Below, in pieces: positions 1 through 9,790 of a stretch of DNA of 40,393 nucleotides; the first letter of the stretch is position 1; each line of letters opens with the position of its first letter. Origin of the DNA: a virus; IMG/VR virus record IMGVR_UViG_3300023223_000157, positions 1 to 40,393 of that record. The stretch is one strand, 5' to 3'. The notes under the pieces are model-generated. The model was not told where the DNA came from and did no database searches. It saw only the letters and a program-made list of their open reading frames with translations. The translations under genes were made by a program, and so were the position numbers.

Positions 1-144
1 GAAATCACGGTAGGAGCTGAGACTAGAACTACTCGCATATCCCCACGGCCTACAGATGGCCAAGGCGAGTTTGATCTGAGTAGACACCTACAGGATTTTT
101 TGGATCTGGATGTCAGCGTTCCAACCACCGCGTCCATATTCCAA
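1..144. repeat. Exact terminal overlap, identical to 40250-40393. This is a circularisation or terminal-redundancy signature; unique length is 40249 bp.
   Basis: Read directly: the first 144 bases (GAAATCACGGTAGGAGCTGAG...GCGTCCATATTCCAA) repeat exactly as the last 144 bases. Confidence 0.95.
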
Positions 145-1071
145 GCTGCACCCATAGTAGACTACACATTGAAGATAACGGAGGACTGGACAGGCTCGGG
201 GGGATCGGGGGCGATAGTCAACCACGTTTTGAAACATGCTAGTAATATAGTCCTGACTAGAAATTCTCTATTAAACTACTCGGAGGACATCTACACATTG
301 GACGCTGACGGCATCGCACCGATCAACGCAAAACTCCTATTCAACGCCACTTCATTCTCCACCATACAACCGGATGACATTATGTTCATACACGTAGTCG
401 GCCAAACTGATAATGATTTTATGATGGTACAGGTCACCCAGTACAATTCATCCGGTGGAGTGCAGGGCAGCACGAATCTATCGGCTGGAGCTGCCACTCA
501 AAACGATTGGGCCGTATTAGCCAAGGTAGATATGAGTCTAATTGCAATTAACCCACTCACAGTTACTATAGGCATACAGGTCCAAGACGGTGCGGCCGCT
601 ATAGTGGTGCAGGAAAAGCTATTCCGTATTGGAGAGCTGCGGCCATGTCTTCCTTATGTACGTTGGAAATTGGTATACATGGATTCGCTCGGTAGTTACA
701 ACTCAATCGATCTAGATTATAAACACACTCACACCATTACCGGCTCACCAAAGACATACCGAAAACGGATCGACCCATTCACCGACAACGCAACCCGGAG
801 AGGGATTACCCGATACACTCAGAATAGCGATGAAGTATTTAACCTAAACACCGGGAACCTCGGTTTACTCGATGTAACCAAGCTAAAGGATCTACTAGAA
901 TCTACCCGGGTGTTTCTGGATGTACGAAACCGGGATGACTGGGATAATCAAGAATTTGTACCTATTGAAGTTCTGACCAAATCTGTGGATCTAACGCTCT
1001 ACGGTGACCAAGAGCTACCACAATACAGCATACAAGTACGTTACGCTTTTGAAAACGCAGTAAGAAGATAA
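1..1071 (+). CDS. 3' part of the junction-spanning virion protein. The TTG start at 100 in the ORF track is an artefact of linearisation.
   Basis: The frame is open from base 1 (EITVGAETRTTRISPRP...), identical to the translation of 40250 onward. It lies at the head of the tail/fibre gene run. Confidence 0.7.
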   Translation, partial: EITVGAETRTTRISPRPTDGQGEFDLSRHLQDFLDLDVSVPTTASIFQAAPIVDYTLKITEDWTGSGGSGAIVNHVLKHASNIVLTRNSLLNYSEDIYTLDADGIAPINAKLLFNATSFSTIQPDDIMFIHVVGQTDNDFMMVQVTQYNSSGGVQGSTNLSAGAATQNDWAVLAKVDMSLIAINPLTVTIGIQVQDGAAAIVVQEKLFRIGELRPCLPYVRWKLVYMDSLGSYNSIDLDYKHTHTITGSPKTYRKRIDPFTDNATRRGITRYTQNSDEVFNLNTGNLGLLDVTKLKDLLESTRVFLDVRNRDDWDNQEFVPIEVLTKSVDLTLYGDQELPQYSIQVRYAFENAVRR

Positions 1072-3911
1072 TGGACAAGCTCGTAGTATACTCATTAACA
1101 ACCGGAGCGCCACTAGTCGAACTAGATCTAGGTGGGGATACCAGCGTGCCTTTAACTTACAAAGTCGCAGACGTTAGAGATCCGGGCAAAAAATCCGGTG
1201 GGTTCTCCAAAACTGTAGAGCTGCCCGGAACCGAGGTGAACAATGTATTCTTTGGGGGGCATTATGATGTTAACGTGGATACCGGAGTGTTCAACCCGAA
1301 TGTCAAAACACTGATTGTATATACCACAGCAAACGAGGAGGTCATCGATGGCCACATGCAGCTCAAGACTGTAAAGAAGGATGACCAAGGCGACATTTCA
1401 TATGGGGTAGTACTCTACGATAAAGCGGTCGACTTCTGGCAAAACCTAAAGGACAAAACCGTAGTTGGTAATGACGACCCGGTAGATGACTTGGACTTCT
1501 CGGACATGGATCACGTCTGGGACAAAACACAAATGGAGTTAAGCTGGGACACGGATCACGATTTATTGGGCTACTACTATGGCTTGTATAACAGCGGTTC
1601 AAAGCATAAAGTGGAATTCGAGGAAATGCGCCCGGGGATTTTTCATAAACGACTGTTAACCAAGATATTAGACAAACATGGGTTCACCGGTAGCGGATCT
1701 CTGTTTACTGACACGACCTACGAACGTGAGATAATTCCATACACTGGAGAGCTGCCCGAGATCTCACTGGCCGATGCACAGGCGAAGACCTTCAAAGCTG
1801 GCCGGATATCAGACGAGATTATACATTTCGATGCCACGTCCAGTTTTATAAAGCAGGGTCAGCTCGGGATTACCTTAGACAATGAAACAGATACCGGTTT
1901 CGGATTCGATGACAGCAACGGGCTATGGAACCAGATCGATGAGTTTACGGCACCGGTTACTGGACTTTACAAGCTCAGCCATCTATTCAAATTCAGGACC
2001 ACTTTAGAGTGGCAGAAGACCAGCAACACTTTAGGTATCCTTAAGCATAGTACCAAGTTCGAAGTGTTCGCCCGGGTGTTCGATGGTGCCAACGTACTAC
2101 AGTTTGAGACACTACCACAACCAGCGGGACAGACAGATATACCTTTTAGCCTAGGTCCAAGTGGTGACCCCATAGCCGCACCGATATTTGACTCATTCGA
2201 GACGGCCGTCCTACAGTCTACGCAACATACAGTATTTCGGAACGGAGTTACTAAACCATTCTTTTCACTTAATGCGGGTTGGACCGTTCGGTTTTTCGTA
2301 ATAGCCTCATCTCAGGGCGTGTTAAATTCAATAACCAATGCGCCAAGCACATTCACTCAATTCCAGTTTACAGATATTACTCTAGAGTTGGTGGCAGGAT
2401 CGTACGTGGAGAGTGTTCTATATCCATACTCGGTGGGCGAGCACTCACTCATTCCTTATTCACAGTGGATGTCTCCAGATCTGAAACAAAAGGACGCTAT
2501 CGATGACATCATTAAAAGATACCATTGTTATGTATTCCCGAACCCAGACGACCCAAACGACATCGTATTTGAAACAGGACAGACTTTTTTTACCGGTGGG
2601 ATCGTTGTCGACTGGTCAGCTAAAAAGGATCACAACACCCGAGATCAAATCGAGCAAATTGGTGTCCTACAGTCTAAGCAGCTTTTACTTTCCTACACAC
2701 CCGCCAAAGATGAACTCAACGAAGACTATAAAACCAATACTGGTGAGATCTGGGGACAGTTCGAGCACACCTTCGGAAATGAATTTGTAAAGGGAATTAA
2801 GAAAGTACAAACCCCATTCGAGCCTACACCTTTGGTTCACAGGGATGGACTCATCGTATCTGACATAAACACCAACAGCCAGAACATTGGAACCCGCGTT
2901 CTCTACGCACCTAAAGGATTAACATTCTCGGGCTGGTTCGCTGGAAATGATGACGACTACTTCCAAGTTGTCGGCCATAACTTCCTTACCAATGCCGAGG
3001 AGCTGACCATCTACGACAATAGTTTCACGGGTGCCGGTACTCAGATCCTATACCCATACGCTGGTCATCTAAATAGTCCTACATACTTCACTAGCACTCA
3101 GGCAGTTATAGATATTAATTTCGGGCAGGTGCAACAGTACTACTACGAAATGCAGGACATTGCACTTCCACAGCCCACGGTAAACATGCACTCGGTATAC
3201 TGGAAAGATTACGTAGATCAGTTAACGAATGGAAAGCTCCAGAAATCTAAGTTTGACCTGAGTAGCTTCGACATGGCGCTCTTTAGACGCAACCCAAATA
3301 TGCGGGTGTGGGTGGATAATGCTTATTGGTTAATCAATAAAATCACATTCGAGGGGAACGACAACCTGCGCGGCTTGACCTCTGTGGAGCTTGTCACCCT
3401 CGATAATGTAACGGTGGCCACAAAGCCCATAAAACCAATCCGGCCTATAGTTGGAATCATTGGCGAGATCCTCCCCTTCAAAGATCGCAACAAGGTGTAC
3501 ACCACTAGCCCTACATGGACAATAGCCGGAGAGGGAAACATTATTGAGGCTGGAGCTACCAATGTGAACATAAACGGAAATGGTAATACAGTCGGCCCGG
3601 ATGCACGGTTTGTATCCATTATGGGCGGATCGGGTAATACAGTTCGCGGATCTAATGTTACTATAATCAATAGCGACAACCTAGTGGTAACCAGTGACGA
3701 CCTAACGATTATTGAAAACGTGATCGTATCCGGTGGAGCCAACACTCCGCTGTTTAACCTTATCGATGGTGGCGAGAACGAGCTACGCAACCCATTTCCC
3801 AGATTCTCGATGCTTCATGTAGAGGGCGGTCTGAATACATTAATGAACCCGTTTGCAGTCTCTCCAGTAAAGAGCATTGATACAACCAACGGAATAAATG
3901 AATTTTTATAA
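1071..3911 (+). CDS. Large tail/baseplate protein (946 aa) with a beta-helix-like C-terminal repeat region. Candidate central fibre or tail-associated protein.
   Basis: TAATG overlap with the upstream stop. The C-terminus has repeated GNTV / NVxI units (NINGNGNTVGPDARFVSIMGGSGNTVRGSNVTIINSDNLVV). Size and position fit a tail module. Confidence 0.55.
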   Translation: MDKLVVYSLTTGAPLVELDLGGDTSVPLTYKVADVRDPGKKSGGFSKTVELPGTEVNNVFFGGHYDVNVDTGVFNPNVKTLIVYTTANEEVIDGHMQLKTVKKDDQGDISYGVVLYDKAVDFWQNLKDKTVVGNDDPVDDLDFSDMDHVWDKTQMELSWDTDHDLLGYYYGLYNSGSKHKVEFEEMRPGIFHKRLLTKILDKHGFTGSGSLFTDTTYEREIIPYTGELPEISLADAQAKTFKAGRISDEIIHFDATSSFIKQGQLGITLDNETDTGFGFDDSNGLWNQIDEFTAPVTGLYKLSHLFKFRTTLEWQKTSNTLGILKHSTKFEVFARVFDGANVLQFETLPQPAGQTDIPFSLGPSGDPIAAPIFDSFETAVLQSTQHTVFRNGVTKPFFSLNAGWTVRFFVIASSQGVLNSITNAPSTFTQFQFTDITLELVAGSYVESVLYPYSVGEHSLIPYSQWMSPDLKQKDAIDDIIKRYHCYVFPNPDDPNDIVFETGQTFFTGGIVVDWSAKKDHNTRDQIEQIGVLQSKQLLLSYTPAKDELNEDYKTNTGEIWGQFEHTFGNEFVKGIKKVQTPFEPTPLVHRDGLIVSDINTNSQNIGTRVLYAPKGLTFSGWFAGNDDDYFQVVGHNFLTNAEELTIYDNSFTGAGTQILYPYAGHLNSPTYFTSTQAVIDINFGQVQQYYYEMQDIALPQPTVNMHSVYWKDYVDQLTNGKLQKSKFDLSSFDMALFRRNPNMRVWVDNAYWLINKITFEGNDNLRGLTSVELVTLDNVTVATKPIKPIRPIVGIIGEILPFKDRNKVYTTSPTWTIAGEGNIIEAGATNVNINGNGNTVGPDARFVSIMGGSGNTVRGSNVTIINSDNLVVTSDDLTIIENVIVSGGANTPLFNLIDGGENELRNPFPRFSMLHVEGGLNTLMNPFAVSPVKSIDTTNGINEFL

Positions 3912-3914
3912 GCT

Positions 3915-5279
3915 ATGTCTATCCTCCAACTTGATGCCAAATCCAAGATAAAAAGAAGCACCGTAACACTTGAAATACCTACAATCGGACCGAGTGCGGA
4001 CCACACCGATGGAACATGGGGCGACCTAGATATTTACTCCGGGGAGTTCTTTGTAAACGTACCAGACCAACGCGTTTGGATCGGAACAGGTTTGACAGTA
4101 TTGGAGCTTACCGGTGGAGGTGGATCCGCGTTTGATCTTGTTAACGACTGGGCGCCAGTTACTATTTACGTGCTGAATGAGGAAGTGACATTTATCTCAC
4201 CTACCACATTAGTGCAGACACTCTACCGTAGAACTATAGCTGGAACCTCTGGAGCCGCATTCGATGCAACAGAGGAGTTGGACTGGACTGTGATTGCAGC
4301 GGATACTTTAAATATGTACACCGCTGACGGGACCATTACGACCGCTGTAAGAACGGTAAAACTAAACGGGGATGCGGCCACTGACTTGCTACATTTCGAA
4401 AGCCTGTTAGCGAACAAAGCGCTTACCATTCAGGGGGATGCTAAAACCATATTTAACGGCACTGCAACCACTACTGGAGATGTACAGATCGTTGGGGCAA
4501 CAGAACCTAATCTATTCTATGCAGATGTATCTACGGATAATGTTGGAATCGCAATAGCTCTACCTTTAGAGAAACTCCACCTAGATGGCAGCTTTAGGCT
4601 CACTGGCCAGATAATCGCTGATAATATTACGAGCGGTAACCAGTTAGATCTAGTACCGATACAAGCTGGTTACCAAAACATATCGTTCAAGTTCCCACCA
4701 ACGACCGCGCTATTTGCTGAAATGAATACGCTAGGAGCTGGTTTTTGCTTTCAGACTGGCGGAGGTAGATTGAGGCTTCAACATGCTGTGGCGGGTACGT
4801 GGTTATTTCAAACAGGACTAAGCACAACAGGATTTGGATTTTCTAATGACGCTGGACAAATTCAACACCTCTTTACAGTAAAAGGTGCGGCCGCTGGTTT
4901 TACATGGCTCAATCCACAACAACAGGCTGGAGGTGATTTTAGATACAGTGGAGACAATAATCCTTATTTAATATTTGGGGATGCTAGTGTAGATAGTGTA
5001 GGTATCAATCAACTTACTCCAACCGCGAAACTACACGTAACAGGGGCCGATCTATTGGCTGCAACACTAGGATTCTTAGTGGAAGATAGTGCAGGAACCG
5101 ATTCGTTCAAGGTGCAAAATGACGGTGTAACTGTTTTTCGAAGTTTCACATTGGCTACCCTCCCGGCTGTGGTGGTGGACGGTGTAATCATTGTAACAGA
5201 TGCAACACCAAACGTAACTACCTGCGTTGGCGTGGGAGCTGCGTGGATCGATACGAACACCGGTGTCGCAGTTGTTTAA
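3915..5279 (+). CDS. Tail fibre-like protein (454 aa).
   Basis: Gly/Thr/Ala-rich composition. An N-terminal W..Y..V..Y..G..W segment (NDWAPVTIYVLNEEVTF...LYRRTIAGTSGAAFDATEELDWTVI) resembles CBM5/12-like fibre motifs. It directly follows the 946-aa protein. Confidence 0.5.
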   Translation: MSILQLDAKSKIKRSTVTLEIPTIGPSADHTDGTWGDLDIYSGEFFVNVPDQRVWIGTGLTVLELTGGGGSAFDLVNDWAPVTIYVLNEEVTFISPTTLVQTLYRRTIAGTSGAAFDATEELDWTVIAADTLNMYTADGTITTAVRTVKLNGDAATDLLHFESLLANKALTIQGDAKTIFNGTATTTGDVQIVGATEPNLFYADVSTDNVGIAIALPLEKLHLDGSFRLTGQIIADNITSGNQLDLVPIQAGYQNISFKFPPTTALFAEMNTLGAGFCFQTGGGRLRLQHAVAGTWLFQTGLSTTGFGFSNDAGQIQHLFTVKGAAAGFTWLNPQQQAGGDFRYSGDNNPYLIFGDASVDSVGINQLTPTAKLHVTGADLLAATLGFLVEDSAGTDSFKVQNDGVTVFRSFTLATLPAVVVDGVIIVTDATPNVTTCVGVGAAWIDTNTGVAVV

Positions 5280-5300
5280 CCAATCGATCTCCAAATTCGT

Positions 5301-5328
5301 CTATAGCCACTTCTAAAGTGTAACATGC
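5301..5328 (+). promoter_or_regulatory. Copy 1 of the bipartite motif CTAYMGCCACTTC-N6-GTARYATGC.
   Basis: CTATAGCCACTTC (5301-5313), 6 nt, GTAACATGC (5320-5328). The 3' half lies within the hairpin ATGCGGTT/AACCGCAT (5325-5348). The motif is upstream of ORF 5353. Confidence 0.45.
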
Positions 5329-5352
5329 GGTTCTAACTAAAACCGCATTCAA

Positions 5353-5691
5353 ATGCCAAAATTAGCAAGGCCGATTGACGTGTCTTTGGGAGACGCGAGA
5401 TACATTATCACAACGAGCAGAAACGGCTCGGGGGCTATGGCCTCAGTGGAGATTATCAGTGATGGAACATTCAACGGAACTACTACAACAGCGAGACTTT
5501 TACAATCCAATGATTTAGAACTACCCGAGGCCGACTGGAATTTCCTTCCTGAGGTTCCGCTCGTGCTTGTAAGTGGAGCCAGTCTATTACAGACGTTCTC
5601 ACATACCTGCCAATTCTTAATGGTAGAAATCATTCAAGGGGATGCCACAGCCGGACTCCTCACAGTAGAGAACAACTTCGGAAACATGTAA
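5353..5691 (+). CDS. Hypothetical protein (112 aa) in the tail-fibre module.
   Basis: ATG-initiated ORF in the co-directional gene run, just upstream of the 861-aa fibre gene. No recognisable motif. Confidence 0.45.
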   Translation: MPKLARPIDVSLGDARYIITTSRNGSGAMASVEIISDGTFNGTTTTARLLQSNDLELPEADWNFLPEVPLVLVSGASLLQTFSHTCQFLMVEIIQGDATAGLLTVENNFGNM

Positions 5692-5694
5692 GTT

Positions 5695-8280
5695 ATGGCA
5701 CGGACAGAACAAGATTTAGTATCTCCATTAGACGGTGGAGGCGGTGGTCCAGTAGTTGACCAACCGGCAAGAGACAGATTAACGATATTAGAAAACGCGG
5801 TAGACTTTGAGAACCCTTGGGACAATGCAATTATATACGCCCCGGGAACACCCAATGGAGCAACTGTATTTCACAACGGGCTTAAATGGACTTCAGAAGT
5901 ACCAACCATCGCAGGAGAAGAACCCGGTGTAAGTCCAAAATGGGAGATCGTAGGCCTAGAGGCTTCCTACCAAGTTTCAGGTATTACAAATGATACCGTA
6001 ACTAATGCAGCCATAAATAGTTTCGCAAACATAACGGTAGATATTCCGGCATTCGATGGGTACTTTTTGAGTAAGAGCATTGTAAATTTCGGAGCACAAG
6101 TAAATTTCGCTTTACCAACAACCATCCCATTGGCTATAGGGGATTCAAGGCTTTATTACTGGGGCATAGATAGCACAGGAACGGTCGTACAGCTATTGGA
6201 TGCTGCCAACGATTCGAATACCATTACGATGTTCAACGGAGTTCTGTTTAACAACGGTGGAACATTAGAGTTTTCCGCTGGTATCTCACTCACTCAACAA
6301 TGGCAGTTTGCCCAGACATCTAGAACAGAGAGAAACGACTTTGTAAACAACAACTTCACGTTCGATCCTGTTGTTTACGATGGTGACGTAGGATTTAGAA
6401 CCATTACACAAACTAATATTGCCATTAGGGACGAAGGGATTAATCCTAGCGACCTCGGCACACGAAATGTAACGGTATTCCCTGCTGGAAACGTAGGACT
6501 TTTCCTTACTTTCTTCCATACAGCTCCGGCCATAGTAGTGGCTCAAACCACCGGACTACCTGACCCCTTCCAATGGGAGAACGCAGGTACACCAACTGGT
6601 ATGACCAACAACAGATGGTACTATACCGACATATTTTTATCCGATACGGGAATTAGTATCTGGAGACACCCATTAGTTGAGTATACAGATGAGGCAAGCG
6701 CACTAAATGCGGCTGAAAACGACCCAGTTACACCTATTTTGATCCCTAACAATGTAAAGTTTGCAGGCCGGTTCGTATTACGTGGCCAGCTCGGGAATGG
6801 CGCTGAAGATTTCACAGCAAGTAACCACCACTTTGTTAGTCGTGAAACCAGAAGTGTATCCAGTGTGCCAATTATCGACAATGATTTGAGCACAGATCCT
6901 TTAGCGGCATGGTCAGCCAACAGGGGTAGACAAATAAGAACAGATTTAGAGGCTCACGGTATAGATAGCGTACTAGCTATTGGAGAACCGTTGACCACAG
7001 ACAGGGTTATTACCCTTGACGGGCACGGGTTATTTGTGACAGGTGACGGGGCATTGGATGTAGATGTAACTTTAGGGCTTACTCATACATTATTGAATGT
7101 AAACGGAACACTAGCCTCCATTGGAGCGAACGATGCTGTCAATACTTCTATCGTGGATGTTAGACCCGGGATAATCGAATTGGATAATACAGCCGGTGTT
7201 TATAGCATAACCACAACACCTAGTCTAAACTCCGATTTGACTACTGGTGAACTAGTGATGCGTGATACTGTTAACGGAAATATTACCCTTAGCAGTCTTG
7301 CGGCTTTTAGATCCCTTTCAAGTGGGGCAAACCCCGCTGACGGAATTACAACCGCATGGTACATAGGTCAACAACACATTAATACGGCTACCGGGGACAC
7401 GTTTGTAGCCACTGCAAAATCTACAGATCCAGACGCGGCCGCTACCGGTAGTGTATGGTCTGGAATAACCGCAGCGGATACTCATTTGTTTACCGTTGGT
7501 GGACTTACAAACACTGCAAATGTTGTACATACTGATGATTTTGGTTGGGCAATTACTGGTACAGGAGATAAGACTTTAATTAATACAAATGGATCAGGGA
7601 ATTCAAGAGTATTTACTGCTGTTTCTAGTGCTTTTATAGATGCCAATGACGGGGTTAACAGCTCTTTTATAGCTTCTGATAGAGATGGTAGAGTAAGATT
7701 AAATTCTTCTGGTGGGAATTACGCTTTAGTACAAGCCCCTCTTTTAAACTCTGATCTTATTACTAATCAGATTTTAGTTAGAGATACTGCAAGTAATGAA
7801 TTAAGGGTAGTAAACAATCGTAGATATGAAACTCTTACAGATACTACTGCTCCAGTGGATGGCACTACGGCTGCGTTTTACGTTGGTCAACAATATATAA
7901 ATACCACTACCGGGAAAACATTCCTAGCCACTACTAAATCAACAGATCCAGATTCAGCCGGAACAGGCTCGATATGGACACAATTGGAGCCACAGGTCAT
8001 CAGCATTGCAGCTAGTCAGGCTATAAGCGCAGCTTTCAATGACACTATTATCTACGCTAACGATGCTTCGGACATCACACTAACAATAGATGACGTTCTG
8101 CCTACTGGTGGATCTATTACTGTTATCCAAAAAGGAGCTGGACAGATCATTTTTACCGCTGGTGGAGGTGTAACAATCAACTCTTTAGCTGGAGCGGATA
8201 GAACCGTGGCTCAATGGGCCGCAGCCACCATTACCAAGGAGGGAACAGGGCAATATACACTCATCGGAACAATAACGTAA
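5695..8280 (+). CDS. Tail fibre / receptor-binding protein (861 aa) with an internal tandem duplication of about 173 aa.
   Basis: N-terminal Gly run (LDGGGGGP) and a CBM5/12-like segment (WDNAIIYAPGTPNGATVFHNGLKWTSE...SPKWEIV). Two copies of LNSDL..G/QxLVxRDT...AWYIGQQHINTATGDTFVATAKSTDPD / AFYVGQQYINTTTGKTFLATTKSTDPD lie 519 nt apart. Confidence 0.6.
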   Translation: MARTEQDLVSPLDGGGGGPVVDQPARDRLTILENAVDFENPWDNAIIYAPGTPNGATVFHNGLKWTSEVPTIAGEEPGVSPKWEIVGLEASYQVSGITNDTVTNAAINSFANITVDIPAFDGYFLSKSIVNFGAQVNFALPTTIPLAIGDSRLYYWGIDSTGTVVQLLDAANDSNTITMFNGVLFNNGGTLEFSAGISLTQQWQFAQTSRTERNDFVNNNFTFDPVVYDGDVGFRTITQTNIAIRDEGINPSDLGTRNVTVFPAGNVGLFLTFFHTAPAIVVAQTTGLPDPFQWENAGTPTGMTNNRWYYTDIFLSDTGISIWRHPLVEYTDEASALNAAENDPVTPILIPNNVKFAGRFVLRGQLGNGAEDFTASNHHFVSRETRSVSSVPIIDNDLSTDPLAAWSANRGRQIRTDLEAHGIDSVLAIGEPLTTDRVITLDGHGLFVTGDGALDVDVTLGLTHTLLNVNGTLASIGANDAVNTSIVDVRPGIIELDNTAGVYSITTTPSLNSDLTTGELVMRDTVNGNITLSSLAAFRSLSSGANPADGITTAWYIGQQHINTATGDTFVATAKSTDPDAAATGSVWSGITAADTHLFTVGGLTNTANVVHTDDFGWAITGTGDKTLINTNGSGNSRVFTAVSSAFIDANDGVNSSFIASDRDGRVRLNSSGGNYALVQAPLLNSDLITNQILVRDTASNELRVVNNRRYETLTDTTAPVDGTTAAFYVGQQYINTTTGKTFLATTKSTDPDSAGTGSIWTQLEPQVISIAASQAISAAFNDTIIYANDASDITLTIDDVLPTGGSITVIQKGAGQIIFTAGGGVTINSLAGADRTVAQWAAATITKEGTGQYTLIGTIT

Positions 8281-8281
8281 T

Positions 8282-9226
8282 ATGTTAAACAAACACTTTG
8301 TATTTCGACATGGTACGGTTTCGGGTGGAGGAGCAGCTCTGGCCTTTATCGATGGATCAGGAGATTTAAAGCTAAATGCTGCCGGGCCTTTGTTTGATGT
8401 TGCAGACGCTTTGATTTATGATTGGAGACTAAACGGAACTTCTATCGCACAGTTAAACGCTCCATTGCAAGATGCAGCGGCAGCGGATTTCAGCACGTAT
8501 AACAGAAGTGGTGCGGGGATACAAGGCGCACCCGTTCACAACCAATCTGGTGGGGGATTTGGAGGCATAGGGTTTATGGCTCTTGATGGTATAAATGATT
8601 TCATTGATTACGGGAATTGGAATTGGGCTAGCGGTGCAGGAGCAGACAATGAGCTAACTATTATATCTTATGTTTCGTCTTTTGATGTTGACACGGGAGT
8701 GATATTGGGGCAAGCTGTAGCCGATCCGGTGGCCGTTCCATTTTATACGTGGACTCAGTTTTTTGTAGGTTCTAGTGATTTACCGCATAGCAGAATAGGA
8801 AACCTAACTGTAAATGGCCCCATTGGAAGTATGAACAATGATGGTACTTGGTATAACCTAACTTCTACATACACCGGAACCATTACCACTGTATCAATAG
8901 ATAACGCAGCGGATACCAATAGCTTGGTACAAGCAGATACCGACATAGCAAACTCAGCGGTTAATGTTACGATAGGGGCTAGAAACACTCCTATAAGCGG
9001 AATTGCTGAGATATTTGACGGTGATGTAGCCTATGTTACGGCATACGACCGTGTATTATCCACACAACAGCGCACAATGATCTGGAATGCTGGTGGTTCA
9101 CCAGACTTTTCTAGGATAGCACAACAAGAATTTAACTCTCTTGAGTCGTGGACCTGTGAAGTATCCATAATTAAAGGCGGTGTGGTGGTCGGAAAGGTGC
9201 TTTCTAACGCTGTAATAATCCCATAG
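8282..9226 (+). CDS. LamG-like (concanavalin-type jelly-roll) domain protein, probably a fibre accessory or adhesin.
   Basis: Motifs typical of Laminin_G_3 domains: LDGINDFIDYG near the start of the domain and FDGDVAYVTAYDRVLSTQQ near its end. Confidence 0.5.
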   Translation: MLNKHFVFRHGTVSGGGAALAFIDGSGDLKLNAAGPLFDVADALIYDWRLNGTSIAQLNAPLQDAAAADFSTYNRSGAGIQGAPVHNQSGGGFGGIGFMALDGINDFIDYGNWNWASGAGADNELTIISYVSSFDVDTGVILGQAVADPVAVPFYTWTQFFVGSSDLPHSRIGNLTVNGPIGSMNNDGTWYNLTSTYTGTITTVSIDNAADTNSLVQADTDIANSAVNVTIGARNTPISGIAEIFDGDVAYVTAYDRVLSTQQRTMIWNAGGSPDFSRIAQQEFNSLESWTCEVSIIKGGVVVGKVLSNAVIIP

Positions 9227-9228
9227 GC

Positions 9229-9504
9229 ATGTCAGAATTAACAGAAACCTTAATGCAATACGGTATTGGCGGGATATTCCTAATCGTATGTATTTACGCA
9301 GTGGTGGCACTATTTAAACGACTGGATCGCAAAGATGACCAACACAAGGTTGAACGAAAAGACTGGTACGAACAGCGGGGCAGAGATACCGATAAGATCG
9401 GGGTGGCTCTGGACAAGATCACAGAGGCTACCCAATCCAACACAGAGGCATTTAAGGAGCTTAAAATAATAATGCAAATAGGAAAGGGAAAAAACCATGA
9501 TTGA
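9229..9504 (+). CDS. Single-pass membrane protein (91 aa), holin- or antiholin-like architecture.
   Basis: N-terminal hydrophobic helix GIGGIFLIVCIYAVVALF followed by a charged coiled tail. Confidence 0.4.
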   Translation: MSELTETLMQYGIGGIFLIVCIYAVVALFKRLDRKDDQHKVERKDWYEQRGRDTDKIGVALDKITEATQSNTEAFKELKIIMQIGKGKNHD

Positions 9505-9790
9505 CTTCATACATAACTACGATATGTTAATGCCGATGTTTCTAATGGCTGCATGTACTCAGTACCTCTTTATTGTTTGGTACATGCGAAAACTAAAAGA
9601 ACCATTAGCGGCTAGGTTTCGCTGGTATTTCGTGGCGGCTGCGTGGGCTTGTCTGTATTACTCGCTAGTGGGGTTCACCGGTGGGGATATGGTTTGCGGA
9701 ACACATGCGGCAATCGCAGCGGCTCCCTTTACAGCCACTCTATTTGCTATAGTAATCTATTTACGAAAATCCAACAAGAATGAAAAGTAA
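9497..9790 (+). CDS. Three-TM small membrane protein (97 aa), class-I-holin-like.
   Basis: Three hydrophobic segments (PMFLMAACTQYLFIVWY, WYFVAAAWACLYYSLVGF, AAIAAAPFTATLFAIVIYL) and a basic C-terminus. Confidence 0.4.
   Translation: MIDFIHNYDMLMPMFLMAACTQYLFIVWYMRKLKEPLAARFRWYFVAAAWACLYYSLVGFTGGDMVCGTHAAIAAAPFTATLFAIVIYLRKSNKNEK

Noticed and set aside
1-144. A genuine T7-like short direct terminal repeat.
   Set aside because: The repeat falls in the middle of a 394-aa coding sequence that reads seamlessly across the junction. Assembly overlap of a circular or permuted genome is more parsimonious. This cannot be excluded without read-end data.
2279-2790. + strand alternative-frame ORFs inside larger genes (2279-2506, 2503-2790, 15498-15686, 17368-17586).
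   Set aside because: They are embedded out of frame in the 946-aa tail protein, the capsid gene and the portal gene. There is no independent start context or coupling signal.
7060-7990. Diversity-generating retroelement (template/variable repeat pair) in the tail fibre.
   Set aside because: No reverse transcriptase gene exists anywhere in the genome. The two repeats differ at all base types, not selectively at adenines.
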